Shown here: positions 56,580-64,000 of the stretch, in pieces
Numbering within the stretch: the stretch's first letter is position 1
Layout of the letters: every line of letters starts with the position of its first letter
Assembly: GCA_964509345.1 (NCBI GenBank)
Contig: CAZDWY010000009.1
Coordinates: 3,119-67,118 of the forward strand
DNA: 64,000 nt
Direction of reading: 5' to 3'
Source of the DNA: an uncultured Alistipes sp.
GTDB lineage: Bacteria; Bacteroidota; Bacteroidia; Bacteroidales; Muribaculaceae
Made by a program: the position numbers and the translations under genes
The notes under the pieces: model-generated
Databases searched by the model: none
The model's input: the letters and a program-made list of their open reading frames with translations, nothing else
Told to the model about the DNA's origin: nothing

Positions 56580-57923
56580 ATGAAAGAGGATCAAAAATAT
56601 GGAGAGACAAAAAAAAGAATTGTTGTTATCGGAGGTGGATTCGCCGGTCTTAATTTTGTGAAACATATTGACGCAAATAAATATGATATCACAGTAGTTG
56701 ACAAAGATAATTATCATTGTTTCCCTCCTCTCTTTTATCAAGTGGCATCTGCCGGTCTGGATCCAGCAAGTATCTGTTTCCCTCTGCGCAGAGAATTGCG
56801 TAAACGAAAGAAAAATAATATAACCTTCCATATGGGTGAGGTTAAAACTATTGATACGGCATCTAAACGTATTTATACAGACGAAGAGGTCTTGCCATAT
56901 GATATTCTATTGATGTGCTGTGGTACAACAAATAACTTTTTCAATATGCCGGAGTTGGAAAAGACTGTCTATACGCTAAAATCAACGGCAGAGGCATTAA
57001 GATGTAGAAATGACATTCTAGATATTCTTGAACATGCATCAATAGAAAAAGATCCGGAAAAGCAGAAAAAAATGCTTGATTTTGTAGTAGTCGGTGGCGG
57101 ACCTACAGGTGTGGAGATGGCCGGTGCAATAGGTGAGATGAAACGTTATGTACTGCCACGGGAGTATCCCTCGATTCCTCAGGAAAATCTTAATGTAACC
57201 ATTGTAGAAGGGAATGCACGGCTTCTTGGAACGATGAGTGAAAAGTCTTCTGCGAGAGCTTTACACGATCTGGAATCGCTCATGGTCGATGTAAAGCTTG
57301 GCGTGAATATGAAGGGGTACGAAGACGGGAAGGTAACTTTATCTGATGGCAGTATCATGGAATGCTCATTGTTGATATGGACAGCAGGTGTAACCGGTGT
57401 TGATTTTACAATAAAAGGGGAGAATGGAAATAATCTGTCATCTGATATTCTTGGACGTGGACGCCGCTGGTTGATTGACGGTTATTGTAAAGTTATTGGT
57501 TTAGATGATGTGTATGCTCTTGGGGATATTTCGTTAATGGAAGGTGTGGATCCTGAATTTCCTCAGGGTCACCCTCAATTGGCACAGGTCGCTATTCAGC
57601 AAGGAAGACTTGTCGCATCTAATCTGAATCAGTCAGATATATCTGGGAATCGGAGATTAAAGGAATTCAGATATAACGACAAGGGCTCTATGGCTACAAT
57701 CGGAAGAAACCGAGCTGTAGTAGACCTTAAAAACGGACATATAAGTGGGATAGTGGCGTGGTTGGTATGGATGTTCGTTCACTTGATCTCCCTACTTGGA
57801 ATGCGTAATAAGATTACAGTACTAATCAATTGGATATGGGCATACTTTAACTATAGCACCTCACTACGCCTGTTAATTCATCCATGTCGTTTCCCTATAA
57901 GAAAACGATGGGAAAGGGATTAG
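56580..57923 (+). CDS. ndh: Type II NADH dehydrogenase-like FAD-dependent oxidoreductase
   Basis: Two dinucleotide-binding motifs, RIVVIGGGFAGLNF and FVVVGGGPTGVEMAG, plus a C-terminal membrane-association helix. Confidence 0.85.
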   Translation: MKEDQKYGETKKRIVVIGGGFAGLNFVKHIDANKYDITVVDKDNYHCFPPLFYQVASAGLDPASICFPLRRELRKRKKNNITFHMGEVKTIDTASKRIYTDEEVLPYDILLMCCGTTNNFFNMPELEKTVYTLKSTAEALRCRNDILDILEHASIEKDPEKQKKMLDFVVVGGGPTGVEMAGAIGEMKRYVLPREYPSIPQENLNVTIVEGNARLLGTMSEKSSARALHDLESLMVDVKLGVNMKGYEDGKVTLSDGSIMECSLLIWTAGVTGVDFTIKGENGNNLSSDILGRGRRWLIDGYCKVIGLDDVYALGDISLMEGVDPEFPQGHPQLAQVAIQQGRLVASNLNQSDISGNRRLKEFRYNDKGSMATIGRNRAVVDLKNGHISGIVAWLVWMFVHLISLLGMRNKITVLINWIWAYFNYSTSLRLLIHPCRFPIRKRWERD

Positions 57924-59482
57924 AACGGTGCATCATTGTCTGATCCCAGATCTGCCGTTCCTCCTGACAACGGGTTTTCAGCAGCGAATGGGTCGTCGAT
58001 ATCATTTCCTTCGGAATTCAGGCGTGATGGGACAACAGTATGTGTGGATAGATCATTTTCATCCCAGTTCTGAAATCTGGCAAATTGATTGACAAAACGC
58101 ATCTTTACATCATCAACCTTACCACTTCGATGTTTTGCAACTATAAATAGTGCAAGTCCTCGGATGTCGTTGCCTTCCATATCTTGAGCTGAATGTAGGT
58201 AATATTCAGGTCTATGTATGAAGCATACGATATCCGCGTCTTGCTCTATTGCTCCAGACTCACGAAGATCGCTCAACTGCGGGCGCTTGGACTGGCTGTC
58301 TGTTCCACGGCTTTCTACAGAGCGATTAAGCTGGGAGAGTGCTATTATAGGTATGTTTAGTTCTTTGGCAAGTTGTTTTAAGTTGCGAGAAATCATGGAG
58401 ACTTCTTGTTCGCGGGAGCCGAACTTCATTCCAGATGCATTCATCAACTGGAGGTAGTCGATAACCAGAATTCTAACATGATGCTCTCTGACAAGACGAC
58501 GAGCTTTGGTGCGAAGCTCAAATATCGATAGGGAAGGGGTGTCATCTACAAACAAAGGAGCGTCATACAGTTTTTTTACCCCTGCCTGAAGTTTCTCCCA
58601 ATCACGTTGATCGAGACGTCCGCTTTTTATTTTTTCGCCTTCAATTTCGCACGCGTTGCTTATCAATCGGTTTACAAGTTGTACATTGCTCATCTCAAGC
58701 GAGAATATGGCAACTGGAGTATTGTTGTCAACAGCCATGTTTTTAGCCATAGACAGTACAAAGGCCGTTTTTCCCATAGCCGGACGTGCGGCAATAATGA
58801 TCAAATCGGAATTCTGCCACCCAGATGTAAGTTTGTCCAATTCGTGGAAATTTGTAGCAAGACCAGATAGACCTGTTTCGCGGTTGGAAGCGGCTTGAAT
58901 CTGTTCAATCGCCTGTTTAATAACAGGGTTAATCTGAGTAACATCCTTTTTAACATTACGCTGCGATATCTCGAAAAGTTTACCTTCTGCCTCTTGAAGA
59001 AGATCATCGACGTCATTGCTTTCATCATAAGCCTTCCCTTCTATTGTAGAGGAGAAATTTATAAGTTCACGTGCGAGATATTTCTGTGCAACAATACGTG
59101 CGTGGAATTCAACATGTGCACCGGAAGCGACCTTTGAGGTGAGAGCCGATATATACACAGGACCACCAACTTCATCAAGTGTCTTATTTGCTCTGAGCCG
59201 TTCTGTGACAGTAAGCATGTCGATTGGTTGCTGAGATGCTCCAAGCTGCTGAACAGCGACGTAAATCAGTTGATGGCGGGGATCATAGAAACTCTCAGGC
59301 TTGAGAAGGTCGCATATTATGGTATATGCATCCTTTTCCAGCATTAAAGCTCCTAAAACGGCTTCTTCAACTTCAATATCGCGTGGTGGAATACGTCCCG
59401 GTACGTCACCAGTATTGTTATTTGCTCCGGTACGGGTACCGTTTCCGCTTCTTTGAGACCTATTATTACTGTTCTGCTCCAT
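57920..59482 (-). CDS. dnaB: Replicative DNA helicase
   Basis: DnaB N-domain (PPRDIEVEEAVLGALMLE), Walker A ARPAMGKTAF, LVIDYLQLM and SQLNRSVE. Low-complexity N- and C-terminal extensions are present. Confidence 0.95.
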   Translation of the reverse strand: MEQNSNNRSQRSGNGTRTGANNNTGDVPGRIPPRDIEVEEAVLGALMLEKDAYTIICDLLKPESFYDPRHQLIYVAVQQLGASQQPIDMLTVTERLRANKTLDEVGGPVYISALTSKVASGAHVEFHARIVAQKYLARELINFSSTIEGKAYDESNDVDDLLQEAEGKLFEISQRNVKKDVTQINPVIKQAIEQIQAASNRETGLSGLATNFHELDKLTSGWQNSDLIIIAARPAMGKTAFVLSMAKNMAVDNNTPVAIFSLEMSNVQLVNRLISNACEIEGEKIKSGRLDQRDWEKLQAGVKKLYDAPLFVDDTPSLSIFELRTKARRLVREHHVRILVIDYLQLMNASGMKFGSREQEVSMISRNLKQLAKELNIPIIALSQLNRSVESRGTDSQSKRPQLSDLRESGAIEQDADIVCFIHRPEYYLHSAQDMEGNDIRGLALFIVAKHRSGKVDDVKMRFVNQFARFQNWDENDLSTHTVVPSRLNSEGNDIDDPFAAENPLSGGTADLGSDNDAPF

Positions 59483-59486
59483 TTTG

Positions 59487-59494
59487 CAAATTTA
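59487..59494 (-). promoter_or_regulatory. -7 box TAAATTTG (minus strand) abutting the dnaB start
   Basis: TAnnTTTG match ending 4 nt upstream of the ATG at 59482. This implies either a leaderless mRNA or a chance match. Confidence 0.25.
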
Positions 59495-59590
59495 CGAATT
59501 GTTTGCCAAAAAGATATAGAATCCGTGTATAGTTTTTGATGAAAAATTGAGATGTCGTGGGCGTGGAGTGAAGCGTTTTGGTATGAGATT

Positions 59591-59644
59591 AATAAAACAA
59601 ACAGCAGGCTCCCACATAGTCGGGAGCCTGCTGTTTGTTTTATT
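59591..59644 (-). terminator. Strong hairpin terminator after the TPR gene
   Basis: A 23-bp perfect stem: aataaaacaaacagcaggctccc (59591-59613) pairs with gggagcctgctgtttgttttatt (59622-59644), with an 8-nt loop. A/T-rich flanks on both sides suggest it may work in both directions. Confidence 0.75.
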
Positions 59645-59652
59645 ATGACGGA

Positions 59653-61281
59653 TTATTCTGCTTGTAATCCGTCAATGAATGTCCGTAGATCATCAGAGGG
59701 ACTCAATTGGTAGAACTTCTCGAAATATGCCTTAGCTTTGGAAACATCTTTTCCGGCACCGTTAAGATAATAGTTGCCGAGACGTCCGTAAATACTGGTG
59801 TAGATATTTTTTCTACGTTCAAGGTTTGCCGGGTCTGCATCAAGTACACCGAGGGTTGCTTCATCTGCAAGCACAACTTCAGGTGTTACAATACCCATAG
59901 ATTTAACACGGATAATATCACTTTTGGTGTTGAGTACAAGAGGGTTATCGGGAATGCGGGCAATAACCTTATCTATGGTTACAAGTGCTTTATCTGCTGC
60001 TGACTGCGAAGCGACAGTATCAGTCTCCATATATGATATTGCGAGATTCTGATATCGGCGAGCCAAAGCTAAGATATCATTAGGATTCGCTTCATCTCCT
60101 TCAGAATCAATAAATTTGGACATCGTATCAGCTGCTTTATCGTACATTTTTGCTGTAGAATATGCGCTGCTTAGGTCTTTGAGGAGGGCTGTTTTCTCAG
60201 GGGTGATCTCTACTGCTTTTTCATACATATCAACGGCGAGCGTATCCTTACCCATTGTTTGAAGTAATTCTCCATACTGAATGTAGTCCTGAGAGTTTAA
60301 TTCTGCTTTGGGATTTGAGAATAGTCGCTGAGCAGCTTGCTGAGCAGCTTCGTTCTGTTCAAGAGCTTTTTTATTGTAGAATTGTAAGCGCTGCATATAG
60401 AAATTGGCAGGATCTTCTGCGAGGAGTTCTGAAGCAAGATCGTAGCTTTCGTCATATCTTTTTGCAAAGAAGAGAAGACCCACCAGACGTTGTTTGTCCT
60501 TTTTGAAACTATTGGGATTTTTGATATATTTTTCGTATTGTTCTGCAGCCATTGTCAGCTGGTTGTTATCGTAATATTTTTCGGCTAACTCTCGCTGTGC
60601 AAGTGCAGAATTAGGCTGTAGTTTCAAAAGGTCTTGAAGCTTTTGGATTGCATACTGCGGATTTACGGGGAAATATGTACGTGCATATTTCACATATGCT
60701 TCTGGATGTTCCAAAGCTGTATCGAATTGAGCTGCCATCTCATACATGCCGGCAGCTTCTCCAACATTTGTTTTGGCAAGGCGGTCTCCTTCCAAAATGA
60801 ACGGTGCGGGTGCATTTTTTTTAACTTTTTTAGCCTCAGCCAGAGCCTTATCAATATCATCGGCATAACTTGATGGATCAGCAACAAAATAGATTCGAGC
60901 AATCTCAGTTAGCACGTCTGGGTTCTTTTTCGCATGACTTCTTGCGTTCTTCAAGTGTCCGTTAGCTTCAGATGGAGAGCCGTTAGCTAGTGCTAATGAT
61001 GCCAGCCCGATATAATTATAAGGGTTTTCAGCATTAGCAGCAATACCCTTGTTGAAAAAATCTTGAGCAGCAGATTTATCGCCATTCTTAAGCGCGATCT
61101 GACCGAGATAATAATATGCTGTTGCTTGATCTGTTCCGGGGTCATTCATCGTATTGGTGAGAATTATGGCCGCCTCTTCAGGCTGGTCAGCACGATAATA
61201 TTCTACGCCATCTTTGAAACCTTGGGCAGACATTCCCAAAGCGGATCCCAGAAGTAGGGATAACACAAATTTATTTTTCAT
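59653..61281 (-). CDS. Secreted tetratricopeptide repeat protein
   Basis: Signal peptide MKNKFVLSLLLGSALGMSAQG followed by many TPR-like units (AYYYLGQIALKNGDKSAAQDFFNKGI...). Confidence 0.7.
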   Translation of the reverse strand: MKNKFVLSLLLGSALGMSAQGFKDGVEYYRADQPEEAAIILTNTMNDPGTDQATAYYYLGQIALKNGDKSAAQDFFNKGIAANAENPYNYIGLASLALANGSPSEANGHLKNARSHAKKNPDVLTEIARIYFVADPSSYADDIDKALAEAKKVKKNAPAPFILEGDRLAKTNVGEAAGMYEMAAQFDTALEHPEAYVKYARTYFPVNPQYAIQKLQDLLKLQPNSALAQRELAEKYYDNNQLTMAAEQYEKYIKNPNSFKKDKQRLVGLLFFAKRYDESYDLASELLAEDPANFYMQRLQFYNKKALEQNEAAQQAAQRLFSNPKAELNSQDYIQYGELLQTMGKDTLAVDMYEKAVEITPEKTALLKDLSSAYSTAKMYDKAADTMSKFIDSEGDEANPNDILALARRYQNLAISYMETDTVASQSAADKALVTIDKVIARIPDNPLVLNTKSDIIRVKSMGIVTPEVVLADEATLGVLDADPANLERRKNIYTSIYGRLGNYYLNGAGKDVSKAKAYFEKFYQLSPSDDLRTFIDGLQAE

Positions 61282-61324
61282 GTATCTAAAATGTTTTAAT
61301 TTATATTCAGTGTAATTATATCTA

Positions 61325-62308
61325 TTAGTCTACTGATACCATACGGCGATGGACTGTGGCTGGCAATACGCCTGTACTCATCATAAGTTTCTGTCCTCGA
61401 AATGATGTTACGAATACGAAGAATCCGTTGGCTAATGAACCAGCTCCTCCGGTATTTATCATATATATGGGTCTGAACAGTGGGTAACTCCCGTCAAATA
61501 TATATGCCTGATAGGGCTTATATGCTATTGGTGAGTCGTTTCTATTTATACCGAGTACTTTTACGTCATTAGAGAATATTGTAGCAGTAGTGTCGTTCGC
61601 TTCCAGTGTCTTGACACGTTCGGCTGCGGGCATATCGGCAGTTTTAAGATCTGCTGAAATCCAACTTACACCTACGAAGCCTATTGCATTTTTTCGCTCT
61701 TTGACAGCATCGAAAACTCCTTGCATGGTCTCTGCAGAATATACGTTTTCAGCGAATTGTTTTCCATTGAGGAGGCTGTCGGTCATGTATTTTACTATCG
61801 ATGATCCATTGTGATCGAACACGACTTGGATGTTGCCGAGTTGTGTAGGATATAGGTCGTTCCAGGTTGAAATTTCGCCTGTAAGGATATCTGTTATGTC
61901 GTTAAGTGAAAGATTATCGATGGGGTTATCTGGATTTACAATCACGGCAACCGCGTCTACGGCTATCTGTTGAGTTCTAACAGACCGTTTCTTTGATGTC
62001 AGGTATTTTAATTGATCTTTTGTTAGTTCATGAGATACCACTGCCAACCGAGCTTTGCCGAATAATAAAGAGTCAATGCAAGCTTTTTCGTCTATGTAAT
62101 AAGACAAAACATTAGCTTGAGAATATATATACTCAAAAACTTCAATTTCTTGTTCCAAGATGTTCTCAAAAGAAGCGTCACAGGCCATAATGACGACTCC
62201 TGAAGTAGAAGTATTTCCTTTTGAAATCTCGGTATTGCTTTTGTTTTTGCAGGCTGAAAAGCATCCGATACAAAGAATTGTTGTGAGCAACAAATGAATT
62301 GTTTTCAT
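61325..62308 (-). CDS. PstS-family (PBP-like) substrate-binding lipoprotein
   Basis: The ATG at 62308 gives the lipobox MKTIHLLLTTILCIGCFSAC. The PBP-like fold pattern includes GSSIVKYM and IGFVGVSW. No pstCAB genes are nearby. Confidence 0.7.
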   Translation of the reverse strand: MKTIHLLLTTILCIGCFSACKNKSNTEISKGNTSTSGVVIMACDASFENILEQEIEVFEYIYSQANVLSYYIDEKACIDSLLFGKARLAVVSHELTKDQLKYLTSKKRSVRTQQIAVDAVAVIVNPDNPIDNLSLNDITDILTGEISTWNDLYPTQLGNIQVVFDHNGSSIVKYMTDSLLNGKQFAENVYSAETMQGVFDAVKERKNAIGFVGVSWISADLKTADMPAAERVKTLEANDTTATIFSNDVKVLGINRNDSPIAYKPYQAYIFDGSYPLFRPIYMINTGGAGSLANGFFVFVTSFRGQKLMMSTGVLPATVHRRMVSVD

Positions 62309-62357
62309 ATTCTGACTTATGTTATCATGCATCTGCCAAATGTGGCCAGATATTATG

Positions 62358-62365
62358 CAAAGATA
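62358..62365 (-). promoter_or_regulatory. -7 box TATCTTTG (minus strand)
   Basis: TAnnTTTG match 50 nt upstream of the ATG at 62308. A second match, TAACTTTG, lies at 62402-62409. Confidence 0.4.
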
Positions 62366-62436
62366 GTGAAAGTTAAATTATCATTGGTAAATTTGCCTCG
62401 TCAAAGTTATAGTTTTTTTGTTTTTTTTGCAATAGT

Positions 62437-62477
62437 AACAGCGCCGCTGACTCAAAATAAAGTTCAGCGGCGCTGTT
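62437..62477 (-). terminator. Hairpin after the small membrane protein gene
   Basis: aacagcgccgctga (62437-62450) pairs with tcagcggcgctgtt (62464-62477) in a 14-bp perfect stem. There is no U-tract on the minus-strand transcript. Confidence 0.45.
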
Positions 62478-62495
62478 ATGATATAACAAATTATG

Positions 62496-62726
62496 TCAGA
62501 TACTACTGTCAATTCCCCAAAATTGGCGGATGGCACGCCAAATGCCATATACAATAAACATTATACCTGCAATCCATCTAAGCCAGAGTAGAACTTCACC
62601 GTGCCAATCGAAAAAATTAATCAATAGCAGAATTCCCATTCCTACATAAATTATAATCATTATGATTCCAAACACTACCCTCATGGCAGAGGGTACCTGG
62701 ACTCTGTTACTGTTTTCTCGTGCCAT
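62496..62726 (-). CDS. Small two-TM membrane protein, hypothetical
   Basis: The ATG at 62726 (MARENSNRVQVPSAMRVVFGIIMIIIYVGMGILLLINFF...) gives two hydrophobic helices. The tracked ORF extends to 62768. Confidence 0.45.
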   Translation of the reverse strand: MARENSNRVQVPSAMRVVFGIIMIIIYVGMGILLLINFFDWHGEVLLWLRWIAGIMFIVYGIWRAIRQFWGIDSSI

Positions 62727-62861
62727 ACATTCTGTCTTATAGTTGAACGGTTCTATTAAATAAATCATACCTCAGACTTATAGGAGAGGATTTTATACCT
62801 TAAACGTTTAACGATGTCGCTAAGTTCGTCTGAACTAATCTAAATAAGGTATGTGGAAGTA

Positions 62862-62869
62862 CAAAATTA
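62862..62869 (-). promoter_or_regulatory. -7 box TAATTTTG (minus strand)
   Basis: TAnnTTTG match upstream of the small membrane protein gene. Confidence 0.35.
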
Positions 62870-62946
62870 GTGTTTTTAGAATGTTTTTTTGTGAATATCT
62901 GCAAAAAAAATGCCATGAATGACACCGCCATTTGCTGAATTTATGC

Positions 62947-62954
62947 TAACTTTG
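62947..62954 (+). promoter_or_regulatory. -7 box TAACTTTG
   Basis: TAnnTTTG match 164 nt upstream of the hppA ATG, implying a long leader. Confidence 0.45.
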
Positions 62955-63117
62955 CACTCATTGTTATAGAGCGCAACGAATTTTATAGTTTTGTGATTTT
63001 CATAAATTTCATGGAATGAGAATTGCGGATATGGAGATGTTTCGCGTAATATAAAAACGTCTTTCTCCCGATACTTAGTTTAAATAATATTTAATTAAAA
63101 ATTTTAATATTAATATC

Positions 63118-64000
63118 ATGGAAAAATTGCTATTTTGGATTGTGCCTGCCGCATCCGTGTTAGCCCTTCTGCTCGCTTGGTTTTTCTATCGGCAGATGAT
63201 GCGTGAAAGCGAGGGTACTCCTACCATGCAGAAAATTGCTTCATATGTGCGTCAGGGAGCCATGTCGTATTTGAAGCAGCAGTACAAAATTGTAGGGCTC
63301 GTATTTTTGGGTTTGGTTATCTTGTTTTCCATAATGGCCTATGGATTCCAACTCCAGAATCCTTGGGTTCCAGTTGCGTTTCTGACTGGTGGTTTCTTCT
63401 CGGGGTTGTCTGGATTTATGGGGATGAAAACGGCGACCTATGCGTCTGCACGTACTGCTAATGCCGCTCGTAAATCATTGAATTCCGGTTTGCGTGTCGC
63501 ATTCCGAAGCGGAGCGGTAATGGGGCTTGTCGTTGTGGGCCTTGGATTATTTGACATCTCTTTCTGGTATCTGGTGTTGGATTGGTTCGTTCCTGAAGAT
63601 CCTTATACTCCGACAGCTAAATTGTGCATGATAACAACTACGATGCTGACTTTCGGCATGGGCGCGTCGACACAGGCCTTATTTGCACGTGTTGGTGGCG
63701 GTATATATACAAAAGCTGCTGATGTCGGTGCTGATCTTGTTGGCAAAGTAGAAGCAGGTATTCCTGAGGATGATCCGCGTAATCCCGCAACTATTGCGGA
63801 CAATGTAGGCGATAATGTAGGTGATGTAGCAGGTATGGGCGCAGACCTTTATGAGTCGTATTGCGGATCAATTCTTGCGACATCCGCACTTGGAGCTGCT
63901 GCATATATGGCAAGTGATGATACTGTAATGCAGTTTAAAGCTGTTTTGGCTCCTATGCTTATTGCAGCTGTTGGTATAGTTCTGTCAATAATCGGTATTT
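63118..64000 (+). CDS. hppA: Membrane-bound ion-translocating pyrophosphatase (partial, 3' end outside the window)
   Basis: My own translation from the ATG at 63118 gives MEKLLFWIVPAASVLALLLAWFFYRQM...GGFFSGLSGFMGMKTATYASARTANAA...RVGGGIYTKAADVGADLVGKVEAGIPEDDPRNPATIADNVGDNVGDVAGMGADLYESY, which are hallmark H+/Na+-PPase motifs. The frame stays open to the window end, so it is absent from the ORF track. Confidence 0.9.
   Translation, partial: MEKLLFWIVPAASVLALLLAWFFYRQMMRESEGTPTMQKIASYVRQGAMSYLKQQYKIVGLVFLGLVILFSIMAYGFQLQNPWVPVAFLTGGFFSGLSGFMGMKTATYASARTANAARKSLNSGLRVAFRSGAVMGLVVVGLGLFDISFWYLVLDWFVPEDPYTPTAKLCMITTTMLTFGMGASTQALFARVGGGIYTKAADVGADLVGKVEAGIPEDDPRNPATIADNVGDNVGDVAGMGADLYESYCGSILATSALGAAAYMASDDTVMQFKAVLAPMLIAAVGIVLSIIGI

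Noticed and set aside
62437-62477. The 14-bp GC-rich hairpin preceded by a long T-run on the plus strand, as a possible plus-strand regulatory element.
   Set aside because: No plus-strand gene or promoter reads into it. Its position immediately after the minus-strand small membrane protein gene fits a U-tract-less terminator, so it is listed as a feature only.
1-64000. Search by eye for CRISPR arrays, rRNA or tRNA genes, IS elements or transposases, integrases, invertible-promoter inverted repeats and long direct repeats.
   Set aside because: I found none. Intergenic regions are short and contain only promoter boxes and hairpins. This was a visual scan, so small tRNA-like or MITE-like elements could have been missed.

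Overview
The window looks like a core chromosomal segment of a Bacteroidales-type genome. Three things seen by eye support this: many TAnnTTTG -7 promoter boxes, TonB-dependent receptors with carboxypeptidase-regulatory-like N-domains, and genes for PPi-dependent phosphofructokinase, carboxynorspermidine decarboxylase and membrane pyrophosphatase. I call about 56 CDS. Housekeeping genes include ispE, glnS, holB, tgt, lptF/G, trkAH, radC, nspC, uvrD/pcrA, a polyprenyl synthase, tatD, pfp, rsmG, ndh, dnaB and hppA (partial). The rest are mostly envelope genes. I saw no rRNA, tRNA, CRISPR array, integrase, transposase or obvious prophage or defence island, so there is little sign of a mobile accessory region.

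The most interesting items are:
1. A tightly packed nine-gene minus-strand cluster at 16507-26998 with no assignable function. It is headed by an ECF sigma factor and combines a TonB-dependent receptor, an LTD-like lipoprotein, an extra beta-barrel, an atypical ABC-2-like module and two uncharacterised partners.
2. An ECF-type promoter motif, GCAAC-N16-18-CG(T/A)CTAA, present upstream of both ECF sigma operons. An exact-match copy sits upstream of a split MacB/HlyD/TolC efflux operon, which suggests a regulon link.
3. A roughly 390-nt orphan non-coding region at 16051-16437 with its own promoter box and intrinsic terminator. It is a candidate sRNA or micro-ORF locus.
4. Two adjacent GC-rich perfect palindromes at the 5' end of the membrane-protein gene downstream of the second sigma factor.
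5. A tandem beta-barrel paralog pair plus a PCMD lipoprotein and a third barrel at 33646-37654.
6. An endonuclease-I-like protein that appears to lack the catalytic residues and is translationally coupled to a lipoprotein.

All family names (DUF numbers, PCMD, LTD) come from memory of sequence patterns, not from searches, and need HMM confirmation.
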